Shown piece by piece: positions 41,064 through 51,365 of a stretch of 64,000 bases of DNA (position 1 is the first letter of the stretch; each line of letters begins with the position of its first letter). The notes below the pieces were generated by a model, which worked only from the letters and a program-made list of their open reading frames with translations, was not told the origin of the DNA and made no database searches. This stretch comes from an uncultured delta proteobacterium. Lineage in GTDB: Bacteria; Desulfobacterota; RBG-13-43-22. The stretch is taken from NCBI GenBank assembly GCA_963711835.1, contig CAVQFQ010000004.1, positions 160,001 to 224,000 on the forward strand, given 5' to 3'. The position numbers and the translations under genes are program-made.

Positions 41064-41885
41064 ATGCCCGAACTGCCTGAAGTCGAAACCATCGTCCGAA
41101 CCCTGCGCCTCTATCTGATTGGAAAAAAAATCCGTTCCATAGAGGTGATCACCCCTAAAATCATTCGCAGTCCCCTGCCCCTGGCGCTTCGAACCCTTAA
41201 ACAGGCGACCATCATCGATATAAAGAGAATCGGGAAGATGATCCTGATTCTGTTAGACCCCCCTGCATCTCTGGCCGTCCATCTCAAGATGACCGGTCAG
41301 CTCCTGCTTCAGCCGTCTGAGACCCCAGTAGATAAACATACCCATGTCATATGGACCCTGGCCTCCTCCGGAAAGCAATTGCGTTACCGGGATGTCCGCA
41401 AGTTCGGGTTCCTGCTCTGCTCATCCGAGACAGCGCCTTCAGAGATCCCTGTCCTGAAGGACCTTGGGCCGGATCCTTTTGAAATCTCCGCCGCCCAATT
41501 TGCCCGGATCCTTAAACAAAAAAAAAGGGCGCTCAAACCGCTGCTGTTGGATCAGACCGTAATCAGCGGCCTGGGAAATATTTACGTGGATGAATCCTTG
41601 CATCTGGCCGGGATTCACCCCCTAACCAAAGCCGGCACCCTTTCCCCACCGGAGGCGAAAAAGCTCCATCACATCATTCGAAAGGTCCTGCGCCGGGCTA
41701 TTCGGAGCAAAGGATCCACCCTGCGTGATTTTCGCCGACCGGACGGAAAGGCCGGAAGTTATCAGAACCGTCATCAGGTCTATGGACGTGAGGATGAACC
41801 CTGTCTTAGCTGCGGCCGGCCCATTAAAAAAATTCGGGTCGGCGGCCGGGGCACGCATTTCTGCCCCTCCTGTCAAAGGAAGTAA
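41064..41885 (+). CDS. mutM: Formamidopyrimidine-DNA glycosylase
   Basis: MPELPEVE, HLKMTG, GLGNIYVDE, C-terminal zinc finger. Confidence 0.96.
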   Translation: MPELPEVETIVRTLRLYLIGKKIRSIEVITPKIIRSPLPLALRTLKQATIIDIKRIGKMILILLDPPASLAVHLKMTGQLLLQPSETPVDKHTHVIWTLASSGKQLRYRDVRKFGFLLCSSETAPSEIPVLKDLGPDPFEISAAQFARILKQKKRALKPLLLDQTVISGLGNIYVDESLHLAGIHPLTKAGTLSPPEAKKLHHIIRKVLRRAIRSKGSTLRDFRRPDGKAGSYQNRHQVYGREDEPCLSCGRPIKKIRVGGRGTHFCPSCQRK

Positions 41886-41944
41886 TAAGCTTTAAATTCT
41901 TACATCTCTTAGTCCGAGAATTTATCTCTAACTTCCCAAAATTA

Positions 41945-42137
41945 GGTGTAGGGGGATCCTATTTTTTATGTTGTCCAAAGGGTGACTAAGAGTCCCTAAT
42001 CCGGCCCGAATAACTAAGTTTATTTTATAGCAGGGCATTCACCCCAGCCCATTTCCAGCTTGGGTGTAAGCCTGTCCCGCCAGGCGGGACTCATGGCTTG
42101 GGGGTGGACAATTTAAAAAATAGGATCCCCCTACACC
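41945..42137. mobile_element. 193-bp MITE-like element with 33-bp terminal inverted repeats
   Basis: GGTGTAGGGGGATCCTATTTTTTAtgTTGTCCA matches the reverse complement of 42105-42137 at 31/33; internal GTCCCGCC-a-GGCGGGAC hairpin. Confidence 0.75.
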
Positions 42138-42187
42138 ATTTCATCAGGACTTTAAAAAAATTTCAAATATCTTTGGTTAGTTTTTGG

Positions 42188-42215
42188 TTGACGAATCCTT
42201 TCCCGGGGGTATAAG
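42188..42215 (+). promoter_or_regulatory. Candidate sigma70 promoter of mdh
   Basis: TTGACG, 16 nt, TATAAG. Confidence 0.5.
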
Positions 42216-42272
42216 TTTTTAAAAAAAGTCACAGGCGAAGTTTAACAATTTTTTTTCGAAGGAGAGTCCGTC

Positions 42273-43208
42273 ATGAAACATAAGATTACCGTAGTCGGTG
42301 CCGGAAATGTAGGAGCCACGGCCGCGCAGCGGGTTGTGGAAAAGGAACTAGCCGATTGTGTCTTGATCGACATTTTGGAAGGGGTGCCCTTCGGCAAGGC
42401 CCTGGACCTGGCGGAAGCCGCCCCCATCGAGAAGCACGATGCCAAACCCATTGGGGCTAATGACTACGAAGCCACCAGGGATTCGGATGTCATTATCGTT
42501 ACGGCCGGCATTCCCCGAAAACCGGGTATGAGCCGGGATGATCTTCTATCCACCAATGCCAAAATCATGAAGGCCGTGGTCAGCCAGGCGGCTAAATACT
42601 CCCCAAAGGCGGTCCTGATCATCGTCAGTAACCCCCTGGATGCCATGTGCCACGTAGCCTATGAAGCCAGCGGCTTTCCCAAGAACCGGGTTCTGGGCAT
42701 GGCCGGGGTCCTGGACTCAGCCCGCTTCCGGACCTTCATCGCCCAGGAACTCAACGTTTCCGTGGAAAACACCCATGCTTTCGTTCTGGGAGGTCACGGC
42801 GACACCATGGTCCCCCTGCCCCGCTATTCCACCGTAGCCGGTATCCCCATTACCGAATTGCTGGATCAGGCCGCCATTGACCGCCTGGTAAAGCGCACCC
42901 GGGACGGCGGGGCCGAGATCGTCGGCCTGCTCAAGACCGGCAGCGCCTTTTACGCTCCGGCCTCCGCGGCCGTTGAAATGGCCGAGGCCATACTGAAGGA
43001 CAAAAAAAAGATCCTGGCCTGCGCCGCCTATCTGACCGGCGAATACGGCATCAACGATTTGTTTATTGGAGTTCCGGTTAAATTGGGACGGGACGGCATC
43101 GAGCAGATCATCCAGATCAAGCTGACCCCCGAGGAAGACGCTGCCCTCAAAAAATCAGCCGAAGCCGTCAAGGGCCTGGTGGAGGCCATGAAAAATTTGG
43201 GAGTCTAA
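42273..43208 (+). CDS. mdh: Malate dehydrogenase (LDH-like)
   Basis: [29 protein letters not shown]. Confidence 0.96.
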   Translation: MKHKITVVGAGNVGATAAQRVVEKELADCVLIDILEGVPFGKALDLAEAAPIEKHDAKPIGANDYEATRDSDVIIVTAGIPRKPGMSRDDLLSTNAKIMKAVVSQAAKYSPKAVLIIVSNPLDAMCHVAYEASGFPKNRVLGMAGVLDSARFRTFIAQELNVSVENTHAFVLGGHGDTMVPLPRYSTVAGIPITELLDQAAIDRLVKRTRDGGAEIVGLLKTGSAFYAPASAAVEMAEAILKDKKKILACAAYLTGEYGINDLFIGVPVKLGRDGIEQIIQIKLTPEEDAALKKSAEAVKGLVEAMKNLGV

Positions 43209-43234
43209 CCCGGAGATTCTTAATCATTCATCAG

Positions 43235-43336
43235 TATCGTTCAAAAGTTTTGGCACTGGCGCATTATTGCCTGACTAGGGGACCGGGGGTCTTCCAATGG
43301 GTATTAGAAATATAATGCCACAACTTTTGAACGATA
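43235..43336. mobile_element. About 100-bp MITE-like element with 21-bp inverted repeats and flanking 8-bp direct repeat
   Basis: TATCGTTCAAAAGTTTTGGCA...TGCCACAACTTTTGAACGATA (20/21); CATTCATC at 43225-43232 and 43339-43346. Confidence 0.7.
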
Positions 43337-43357
43337 TCCATTCATCGGGTTATTCCG

Positions 43358-44851
43358 ATGTCCGTTAAAAAAAAGGTTATCCTGGCCCTGGACCAGGGCA
43401 CTTCCAGTTCCAAAGCCTTCCTAATCGACCGGCAGGGCCGGGTAGTAAGCCGCGCCGCACGGGCTTTTCGTCAGATCTATCCCCGACCGGGATGGGTGGA
43501 GCATGACCCGAAGGAGATCTGGAGCAGCCAGATCCGAACCGCCCGCGAAGCCGTCAAACGGGCCGGGGTGCAGGCCGAGCAGATTGCCGCCCTCGGTATT
43601 ACCAACCAGCGCGAAACAACCATCCTCTGGCACCGGGAGACGGGCCGGCCGGTCCATAACGCCATTGTCTGGCAGTGCCGTCGGACCGCTGAGCGCTGCG
43701 AGGAACTGAAAAGCCGGGGTTTTGATCGATTCATTAAAGAACGCACCGGCCTGGTAACGGATGCCTATTTCAGTGCCACCAAGGTCGAGTGGCTTCTCCG
43801 GGAAGTACCCGGCCTGCGCTCCATGGCGGAGCGGGGAGAAATCCTTTTCGGCACGGTGGACTCCTGGCTGATCTACAACCTCACCGGGGGCAAACGGCAT
43901 GTCACCGATTATTCCAACGCCTCCCGGACCCTGCTGTTTGACATCCACCGTCGTCAGTGGGATGAGGACCTTCTGAAAGAATTCAGGATCCCGCCGGCCA
44001 TGCTGCCGGCCGTTATCGAATCCAGCCAAGTGGCCGGAGAAACTACCCCCGGCCTGTTCGGTTGTCCCCTGCCCATAGCCGGAGTGGCCGGCGATCAGCA
44101 GGCGGCCCTCTTCGGACAGACCGGCTTCCGGCCCGGGCAGGCTAAAAATACCTACGGCACCGGCTGCTTTATGCTGCTCAATACCGGAGGCCGGGCCGTT
44201 CCTTCCAAAGACCTGCTGACTACCATTGCCTGGGTACTGAATGGCAAGGCCGTCTATGCCCTGGAGGGCAGTGTTTTTATTGCCGGAGCGGCCATCCAGT
44301 GGCTGCGGGACGGCCTGGGACTTATGGCCAAAGCCGCTGACAGTGAAGCCCTGGCCGCCTCGGTCCCTGATTCGGGAGGGGTCTACTTCGTGCCGGCATT
44401 TGTCGGATTGGGGGCCCCCTACTGGGATCCCTATGCCCGGGGCACGATTGTGGGTCTGACCCGTGGCTCCCATCGGGCGCATCTGGTCCGGGCTGCCCTC
44501 GAAGCCATTGCCTACCAGACCCGGGACGTGATCGAAGCTATGAAACGGGATTCGGGAATAGCCTTGCGGGTCTTAGGAGTGGACGGCGGCGGCGCGGCCA
44601 ATAACTTCCTCTGCCAATTCCAGTCGGACCTGCTCGGTTGCCCGGTTGAAAGGCCTGCCGTTGCCGAGACGACGGCCCTCGGAGCGGCCTATCTGGCCGG
44701 TTTGGCGGTGGGATTCTGGGGCGGCCTGGCCGAGATTGCCCGGAATCATCGGGTGGGAAAACGGTTTAGGCCGGTTATGCCGGCCTTTAAGAAAGAGCAA
44801 CTCTGCCAGGGCTGGTCCCGGGCCGTGGAACAGGCCCGCTCCCGCTACTAA
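43358..44851 (+). CDS. glpK: Glycerol kinase
   Basis: [45 protein letters not shown]. Confidence 0.97.
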   Translation: MSVKKKVILALDQGTSSSKAFLIDRQGRVVSRAARAFRQIYPRPGWVEHDPKEIWSSQIRTAREAVKRAGVQAEQIAALGITNQRETTILWHRETGRPVHNAIVWQCRRTAERCEELKSRGFDRFIKERTGLVTDAYFSATKVEWLLREVPGLRSMAERGEILFGTVDSWLIYNLTGGKRHVTDYSNASRTLLFDIHRRQWDEDLLKEFRIPPAMLPAVIESSQVAGETTPGLFGCPLPIAGVAGDQQAALFGQTGFRPGQAKNTYGTGCFMLLNTGGRAVPSKDLLTTIAWVLNGKAVYALEGSVFIAGAAIQWLRDGLGLMAKAADSEALAASVPDSGGVYFVPAFVGLGAPYWDPYARGTIVGLTRGSHRAHLVRAALEAIAYQTRDVIEAMKRDSGIALRVLGVDGGGAANNFLCQFQSDLLGCPVERPAVAETTALGAAYLAGLAVGFWGGLAEIARNHRVGKRFRPVMPAFKKEQLCQGWSRAVEQARSRY

Positions 44852-44944
44852 TAAGTGCAAAATAGTAAAGATTCATTTCTTGGTTGCCAGGAGGCTTTTT
44901 CTGGAGACCTTGGCGGGAGGGGGCCGTTTTTTCCCAAATAACCC

Positions 44945-46516
44945 ATGCCGAAAACCAAACCTATCGAGCTCAACCAACAATTCCAGCGAGCCCTGGCCTT
45001 GATGGAGAACACGAACCATCATCTCTTTCTTACCGGCAAGGCCGGCACAGGCAAATCAACCCTGTTGGAGCATTTTCGGGCCATTACCCGCAAGCGCCTG
45101 GCCGTCCTGGCTCCCACCGGGGTGGCCGCCCTCAATGTTCATGGCCAAACCATCCATTCCTTTTGCGGTTTTCGGCCCGATATCTCCCTGGACAAGGTCA
45201 AGAAAATCCGGAATAAAGAGAGCATCCGGGCTCTGCTTTACAAGGAGCTGGACACGGTCATCATCGACGAGATCTCCATGGTCCGGGCCGACCTCCTGGA
45301 CTGTGTGGAAAAATTCCTGCGCCTCAACGGCCCTCAATCGAAGAAGCAGTTCGGAGGGATCCAGATGATTTTTATCGGCGATCTCTACCAGCTTCCTCCG
45401 GTAGTCCCCTCGGGGGAGAAAGATATTTTCAAGGTTCAATATGAAACGCCTTATTTTTTTTCGGCTCATATTTTTAATGATCCGCAATTCGATATGGAGT
45501 TCATCGAGCTCGAAAAAATTTACCGTCAGACCGACGAGAATTTTATCGGGCTGCTCAATGCCATCCGGAACCGCTCCATTACGGATGCGGATCTGTCCCT
45601 TCTGAACCAAAAATATGACCCTGAATTTAACCCGCCCGAAGAAGAATTCTATATCCACCTGACCAGCACCAATGACCAAGCCTACCGGCGAAACCGGGAA
45701 AAACTGGCTCGGCTTCCCGGGAAGACTCAGGCCTACCAGTGCCTCATCAAGGGAGACTTTGACCAATCCGCCTTTCCAACCGATAGGGTACTGGAATTGA
45801 AACCAGGGGCCCAGGTTATGCTCCTGAACAACGACGCCCTGGGCCGCTGGGTCAACGGTTCCATCGGCAAGGTGGCCAAAATCATCCGGCGGGCAGGGGA
45901 AGAGGATGTCATCCGGGTGGATCTGTCCCGTCACCGCGGCCTCGAGATCACGCCTTATATCTGGAAGATCTTTAAATATGCCTATGATGAACAGGCCCGG
46001 AAAATCACCTCCGAACCGGTGGGCTCCTTCACCCAATATCCCCTCAAGCTGGCCTGGGCCATCACCATCCATAAGAGTCAGGGCAAGACTTTCGACAAGG
46101 TGGTCCTTGATATCGGGCGGGGAACCTTTGCCCACGGCCAGGTCTATGTGGGGCTGAGCCGCTGTACCCGTCTGGAAGGCCTGGTTCTGCGCAAACCCAT
46201 CCAACGGCATCACATCCTGATGGATTATCAGGTGGTCAACTTCCTGACCCGTTTTCAGTATAAAAAGGCCCAGGAAAAATTTTCCTATAAGGATAAAGTC
46301 AGGATGATCGATGAAGCCATCGCCGCCGGCCGCCGGCTTGAGATCGCTTATCTCAAACCCGATGACACCAAGTCCCGCCGCTGTATTGAGCCTCAAGCCA
46401 TAGAGATGCTGGAGTACCGGGGAAAACGATTTGAAGGCCTGCGCGCCTTCTGCCTGGAGCGCCGCGAGCTCCGTCACTTCCGCATCGACCGGATGCTTGA
46501 GGTCAAGCTGGTCTGA
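44945..46516 (+). CDS. Pif1-family SF1B helicase with C-terminal WYL domain
   Basis: GKAGTGKS, APTGVAA, DEISM, GDLYQLPPV, QYPLKLAWAITIHKSQG, QVYVGLSR; C-terminal AIAAGRRLEIAY..SRRCIEP..AFCLER.ELRHFRIDRM. Confidence 0.9.
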   Translation: MPKTKPIELNQQFQRALALMENTNHHLFLTGKAGTGKSTLLEHFRAITRKRLAVLAPTGVAALNVHGQTIHSFCGFRPDISLDKVKKIRNKESIRALLYKELDTVIIDEISMVRADLLDCVEKFLRLNGPQSKKQFGGIQMIFIGDLYQLPPVVPSGEKDIFKVQYETPYFFSAHIFNDPQFDMEFIELEKIYRQTDENFIGLLNAIRNRSITDADLSLLNQKYDPEFNPPEEEFYIHLTSTNDQAYRRNREKLARLPGKTQAYQCLIKGDFDQSAFPTDRVLELKPGAQVMLLNNDALGRWVNGSIGKVAKIIRRAGEEDVIRVDLSRHRGLEITPYIWKIFKYAYDEQARKITSEPVGSFTQYPLKLAWAITIHKSQGKTFDKVVLDIGRGTFAHGQVYVGLSRCTRLEGLVLRKPIQRHHILMDYQVVNFLTRFQYKKAQEKFSYKDKVRMIDEAIAAGRRLEIAYLKPDDTKSRRCIEPQAIEMLEYRGKRFEGLRAFCLERRELRHFRIDRMLEVKLV

Positions 46517-46644
46517 CTCCTTATTTTTTGGGACAAACTCTATTTTTATCAGCGCTTATTCCAATGGTGCCTGATGGACGGTTTTGATTTTAATAGACAT
46601 CGATGTTGGAAAGGTTTCGGAAGTTGCAGATTTGAGGCAGCCAG

Positions 46645-46670
46645 GGAAAAGGGCTTGCCTTTTCCTTTTT
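46645..46670 (+). terminator. Possible intrinsic terminator after the helicase
   Basis: GGAAAAGG-gcttg-CCTTTTCC followed by TTTTT. Confidence 0.45.
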
Positions 46671-46689
46671 AATCTTATAAACAGTGGCC

Positions 46690-47442
46690 ATGGAAGGTGT
46701 AAAAGCCATTGGCTTTGATCTTTTCAACACCCTGATCACGGCCGACCCCGCAGCCTTGCGTGAGGCCATCAGCCGTCTAATCCGCAGCTTTGGCGAGAGC
46801 GGCCTGGACCTGGATCCAGAGGCCTTTAAAAAGCCCTACCGGGAAGCAGCCATACGGTTTATCACGGAAGCCAGAGCCGAGGGCCGGGAGACCCATAACC
46901 GCTTCTGGATCAGCGCCGCCTTGACTTCACTGGGCCATGAGATCAAACCTGAAGATCCCCGTATCGCCAGGGCCGTGGAGGCCTATTTTTCAGCCTTCTT
47001 CGATTACTGCCATCTTATCCCGGGAACGAAGGAAATGCTGGCAGAGCTCCAGGGGTATTTCCGTCTGGGATTGCTCTCCAACTTCACCCATGCCCCGGCA
47101 GCCAAAGGGCTGGTCGAATATTTGGGGCTGGCCCCCTATTTCGACACGATACTCATATCGGGGGAAATTGGTTATCGAAAACCCCACGCGCTTGTTTTTG
47201 AACTCCTGGTGAAAAAACTCGGACTTGAAAAATCAGCCGTCATTTATATAGGCGATGACCCTGAACCCGACATCCTCGGGGCACAGGGGGCCGGAATAAG
47301 GCCGGTTTGGATGACGTATCTGCGCGATCACAACCTGCCCGTTATGCCCAGCACCGTTACCGGTCATGAGGGCATGGTCGATGACGATATCCCCCGAATC
47401 TCGGAATGGAATGACCTTTTTACCCTTCTAAGGATCAGGTAA
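46690..47442 (+). CDS. HAD-superfamily hydrolase
   Basis: FDLFNTL, LSN, RKPH, IGDDPEPDI.GA. Confidence 0.88.
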   Translation: MEGVKAIGFDLFNTLITADPAALREAISRLIRSFGESGLDLDPEAFKKPYREAAIRFITEARAEGRETHNRFWISAALTSLGHEIKPEDPRIARAVEAYFSAFFDYCHLIPGTKEMLAELQGYFRLGLLSNFTHAPAAKGLVEYLGLAPYFDTILISGEIGYRKPHALVFELLVKKLGLEKSAVIYIGDDPEPDILGAQGAGIRPVWMTYLRDHNLPVMPSTVTGHEGMVDDDIPRISEWNDLFTLLRIR

Positions 47443-47450
47443 TTACCCTC

Positions 47451-48707
47451 TTAGGAAAAGGTTTGTTTTGGTACGCAAAGACTGGCGTTTAACAAGAGGT
47501 GAACTCTGGCCTGAGGACCTTTAATAGCCAGGGCCTGGTTTACAGCTTCCTGAAGGTCAGGCATAGGTTTAATAAAGGTTTGGGAGAGGAAATCGGAATC
47601 CAGATCGGTAATCCCCCAGATCCGGCCGCCGTTATGGATGAACCTTACATTGCGGAGAATACGGTGAAAACCCAGTTGGTAGGCCTGGTAAAGCATGGTC
47701 CTGGCCTGGGCCGGATCGCCGGCCTGGATCAGCAAATCCTGAAATTCCTTTGGCCCCGGACCCTGGGGGCATTGCATGACCAGAATCAGGATCCCGTCCT
47801 CCTTCAAGGCCATCTTGCCGTGCTCAATCGGTTTCTGAGATTGGTAGAAATCAATGTCCATGGGTGGCTGGGCCACGCTGATCAAAATATCGGCCTTCTC
47901 CTTAAAAGGGACGGTAAAGTGTTCGTCGGCCTTCTCAGCCGCCCGGACCAGCGTTTCTTTGATGGAGCCGGCATAGGCGGCAACTAACCGGTGGGCCGGT
48001 GTCAGAACCAGCATCAGCGAAAAAATGGGCGGCCGGAGCAGCAATCCCAGGGCCTCTTCCTGGTCTTCATGCACCGGGTTGCCGGACAAGGCCAGGGGTT
48101 GGGCGCCCGCTTCCATGGCCAGGGAATGATTGGCGACGATCGAAGAATACCCGGCCACGCCGGGGAGGAGGGCCTTCCGGCCCCCGGTATATCCGGCGAA
48201 ATAATGGGGTTCCACCGACCCGATAACCAGGAGACGGTCGGCCATCATAATCGCCTGGTTGATCAGGACCCGGGTGCCGCGGGAGGTCTCGCCTAAAAAT
48301 ACCATGCTCCCCTCCTGGCGGCAGTCGTGAAACCGAACCCGGTCTTTGATTCTTTCCCAGAGGCTGCCGAAAATCTTTCGGCAGCCTGCTTCCCCCGGGG
48401 GCCGATGGACCCCTCCGGCTACCAGGACCTGAAAATTATGAGACCGGATTTCCGGCCAGAGAAATTCCAGGATCCTTCCGCTCGGGGTGGGCCGGGTCTC
48501 ATCATTGACCAGGATAAGTAGAAAACGGCTTCCTCTTAGAAATTCCTGCAGGCCGGGGCTGTCCAACGGGTTTTGCAGGGCCTGATCCAACCCTTTTTCC
48601 CAGGAGATCTCTTCACCCTCATTGGGAGATAAGCTTTCTCCCCAGTTGGTCTCAGGTATCTCAAGGGGCACACTGACGTTGCCGTAGGGAACGCGCAGGG
48701 ACTTCAT
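47451..48707 (-). CDS. larA: LarA-family nickel-pincer-dependent racemase/epimerase
   Basis: DETRPTP, GVHR, EPHYFAGYTGGRK, NH, YQSQK. Confidence 0.85.
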   Translation of the reverse strand: MKSLRVPYGNVSVPLEIPETNWGESLSPNEGEEISWEKGLDQALQNPLDSPGLQEFLRGSRFLLILVNDETRPTPSGRILEFLWPEIRSHNFQVLVAGGVHRPPGEAGCRKIFGSLWERIKDRVRFHDCRQEGSMVFLGETSRGTRVLINQAIMMADRLLVIGSVEPHYFAGYTGGRKALLPGVAGYSSIVANHSLAMEAGAQPLALSGNPVHEDQEEALGLLLRPPIFSLMLVLTPAHRLVAAYAGSIKETLVRAAEKADEHFTVPFKEKADILISVAQPPMDIDFYQSQKPIEHGKMALKEDGILILVMQCPQGPGPKEFQDLLIQAGDPAQARTMLYQAYQLGFHRILRNVRFIHNGGRIWGITDLDSDFLSQTFIKPMPDLQEAVNQALAIKGPQARVHLLLNASLCVPKQTFS

Positions 48708-48727
48708 CAAAACATCGGCCTATGGGT

Positions 48728-49057
48728 TCAGGCGGCCCTTCGGGTCTTTTTCTTCAACCGGCCGATGCGGCGTCTTAAGCGATCGGTCATTTTAGGGTCC
48801 TTTTTCTCACCGGCCTCCAGTTTTTTAGCCCGCAACTCGTTAATCTTCTCTTTTAATTCCCTCATGGAACGGTCGCCTTTCTTAGCCGGTTTTTCCACCA
48901 GGCCGCGGGCCTTCCTGATGGCGGCCAGGACTTCTTCCTTGTTCATGCCGTGGACGCCCGAGATCTCCGGAATCGTTAAGGCCACCTCCCGTAATTCTTT
49001 GGCGGTCATTTTTTCCAACGGTTTTTCTTTCTTATCGGCCTTCTCTTTCTTACCCAT
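48728..49057 (-). CDS. Small basic Rho N-terminal-like domain protein
   Basis: LEKMTAKELREVA..ISGVHGMNKEEVLAAI; no ATPase domain. Confidence 0.8.
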   Translation of the reverse strand: MGKKEKADKKEKPLEKMTAKELREVALTIPEISGVHGMNKEEVLAAIRKARGLVEKPAKKGDRSMRELKEKINELRAKKLEAGEKKDPKMTDRLRRRIGRLKKKTRRAA

Positions 49058-49071
49058 ACCTTTTCTCTCCT

Positions 49072-49836
49072 TTAGGCTTTTTTCGATTCAATCGCTTCGG
49101 CGAGTTTCATAAATGGTTTAAATAAATCAATCGGGATCGGGAAGAGGGTGGTGGAATTATTCTCCGAAGCCACTTCCCGTAAGGTCTGGAGATAGCGAAG
49201 TTGAAGGGCAACAGGATGAGCCTCAATGATGGCCGCGGCATCGGCCATTCGGGAAGCGGCCTGGAATTCCCCTTCGGCGTTGATGACCTTGGCCCTTCGT
49301 TCCCGCTCGGCCTCGGCTTGCTTGGCCATGGCCCGTTGCATCTCCTGGGGCAAATCGATCTGTTTAACTTCTACGACAGACACTTTAATTCCCCAAGGGT
49401 CGGTATGCATATCCAAAATCTCCTGGATCTCCGTATTGACCTTTTCCCGCTCCGAAAGGATCTTATCCAGTTCAGCCTGGCCGCAGACGCTTCGCAGGGT
49501 GGTCTGGGCCAATTGGGAGGTGGCATAAAGATATTGCTGAACTTCGATTGTGGCTTTTACGGCGTCCATGACTCGAAAGTAAACCACGGCATTCACCTTG
49601 ACCGAGACATTATCGCGCGTAATGACATCCTGAGCCGGAACATCCATGGTCACCGTCCGCAAATCCACTTTAATCATTTTATCAATAATGGGAATCAGGA
49701 TAATCAACCCCGGTCCTTTAGCCCCCAACACCCGTCCCAGGCGAAAAATTACTCCTCGTTCATATTCGTTTAAGATACGTATGGCACTGCTTAAGAAAAA
49801 AATCCCCAACACGATGATGATGGCTAAGGTATACAT
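49072..49836 (-). CDS. SPFH/stomatin (slipin) family protein
   Basis: [50 protein letters not shown]. Confidence 0.93.
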   Translation of the reverse strand: MYTLAIIIVLGIFFLSSAIRILNEYERGVIFRLGRVLGAKGPGLIILIPIIDKMIKVDLRTVTMDVPAQDVITRDNVSVKVNAVVYFRVMDAVKATIEVQQYLYATSQLAQTTLRSVCGQAELDKILSEREKVNTEIQEILDMHTDPWGIKVSVVEVKQIDLPQEMQRAMAKQAEAERERRAKVINAEGEFQAASRMADAAAIIEAHPVALQLRYLQTLREVASENNSTTLFPIPIDLFKPFMKLAEAIESKKA

Positions 49837-49946
49837 AACACGCTCCTTTTTTCCGCCCAAAACGCAGTCGGCTGCCGGGCCCCCCTTTTAAAAAAGGGAT
49901 TTAACAGGGTTAATGGTTCCGGGGAAACCGCTCCCTAAACCACCAT

Positions 49947-51365
49947 TTAAACCTCGGACTTTTTCCGGACCTTCAAGAGAAGCCGTTCAATACCCGAAAC
50001 CTGGATGACCTCCCCAGGTTCGATGACCTCATCAGACTGGGCATTCCAGATCTCGCCATGGACAAAGACCTTTCCCGGCTGGGCCGGGGTGATCCGGTTT
50101 TTAACCCTTCCCAATTCGCCGATGAGGCCTTCATCCCCGGTTTGAGGCTTCCTGAAATAGGCCTGGACGGCCATGGAAATGATCAGAATGAAAAATCCTG
50201 AAATAAGCACAATAGAAGGGATCATGACCTGGTAGGAAACCCCCGCCTGACCCTCCCCTGTTTTGAAGAGCATCAAAGAACCCAGAGTTAAGGCGACAAT
50301 GCCGGCCACGGTCAGGAGACCGTGACTGATAATCTTGATCTCGGCGATAAAAAAAATAATCGCCAGAATAATCAACAGAATCCCGGCATAATTGACCGGC
50401 AGGGTCTGCAAGGCAAAAAAGGCCAGGATGATAGAGATCCCGCCGATCACCCCCGGAAAAATGCCTCCGGGATGAATCAGTTCGAAAAAGATCCCCATCA
50501 TCCCCAGCATCATCAGGCCATAGGCGATGTTGGGGTCGCCAATGGTGCGAAGGATCCGGTCCCTGAAATTCTCCTTCAGATAAACCAGCGGCAGGCCCTG
50601 GGTCTGAATTACCTTGGGGTATTTGGAGGTCGTTACCTGCCGGCCGTCGAGTTTCTGCAGCATCTCCGGCAGATCCTTGGCCATCAAATCAATGACCTGG
50701 AGTTCCAGGGCCTTCTCGGCCGTTATGGATTCACTCTTTAGAACCGCACTTTCAAACCAGTCGGCATTGCGCTTTCGTTGTTCGGCGATGCTCCGGACAT
50801 AGGCCACCATGTCCTTTTCCACCTTCTGAGCCATGGTCTTGTCGATGTCTTTGCCGCCGATCTGCACCGGATGGGCCGCCCCGATATTGGTCCCCGGGGC
50901 CATAACCGCCACATCCGCGGCCAATACGATCACCACACCGGCTGAAGCCGCCCTGGCCCCGCTGGGGGAAACAAAAACGATGACCGGGAGCTGGGCGTTC
51001 AAGAGACTTTGGACTATGGAGCGCATGGAGGTATCGAGGCCTCCGGGGGTATCGAGTTCTATCACCAGGGCGGCGGCTTTATCCCGCTCCGCCTTGGCCA
51101 GACTCCGGCCTACGAATTCAGCCACCTGGGGATTGATGGAACCGGCAATAGAGAGAACATAGATGGCGGGTTTGTCGGCAGCCCAGGCTTTAACACCGGG
51201 GGAACAAAAGGCAAATAAAAAAATCAGGCCCGAGAGGAAAGCCATGGAAAACCTACAGGCAAACGAGGCCTGATGAACAAGGCCGGATGAACCGAACCTG
51301 CTCTCCGTCGAACGCTGATTGCCGGTGGCTGACTGCAGCCGGCTATTTTTACGCTGTTGGTTCAT
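49947..51365 (-). CDS. nfeD: Long-form NfeD membrane-bound serine protease (start uncertain)
   Basis: LDTPGG, AASAG, PGTNIGAAHP, TM region, GKVFVHGEIWNA; adjacent to SPFH. Confidence 0.92.
   Translation of the reverse strand: MNQQRKNSRLQSATGNQRSTESRFGSSGLVHQASFACRFSMAFLSGLIFLFAFCSPGVKAWAADKPAIYVLSIAGSINPQVAEFVGRSLAKAERDKAAALVIELDTPGGLDTSMRSIVQSLLNAQLPVIVFVSPSGARAASAGVVIVLAADVAVMAPGTNIGAAHPVQIGGKDIDKTMAQKVEKDMVAYVRSIAEQRKRNADWFESAVLKSESITAEKALELQVIDLMAKDLPEMLQKLDGRQVTTSKYPKVIQTQGLPLVYLKENFRDRILRTIGDPNIAYGLMMLGMMGIFFELIHPGGIFPGVIGGISIILAFFALQTLPVNYAGILLIILAIIFFIAEIKIISHGLLTVAGIVALTLGSLMLFKTGEGQAGVSYQVMIPSIVLISGFFILIISMAVQAYFRKPQTGDEGLIGELGRVKNRITPAQPGKVFVHGEIWNAQSDEVIEPGEVIQVSGIERLLLKVRKKSEV

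Noticed and set aside
43251-43270. Sigma54 promoter (TGGC...TTGC) before glpK
   Set aside because: The GG-to-GC spacing is not 10 nt and the site lies within the inverted-repeat element.
43421-46477. Long minus-strand ORFs of 353 and 473 aa
   Set aside because: Antisense to glpK and the helicase; typical shadows in GC-rich DNA with no motifs.
48728-49057. Transcription termination factor Rho
   Set aside because: Only 109 aa, without RNA-binding barrel or ATPase motifs.
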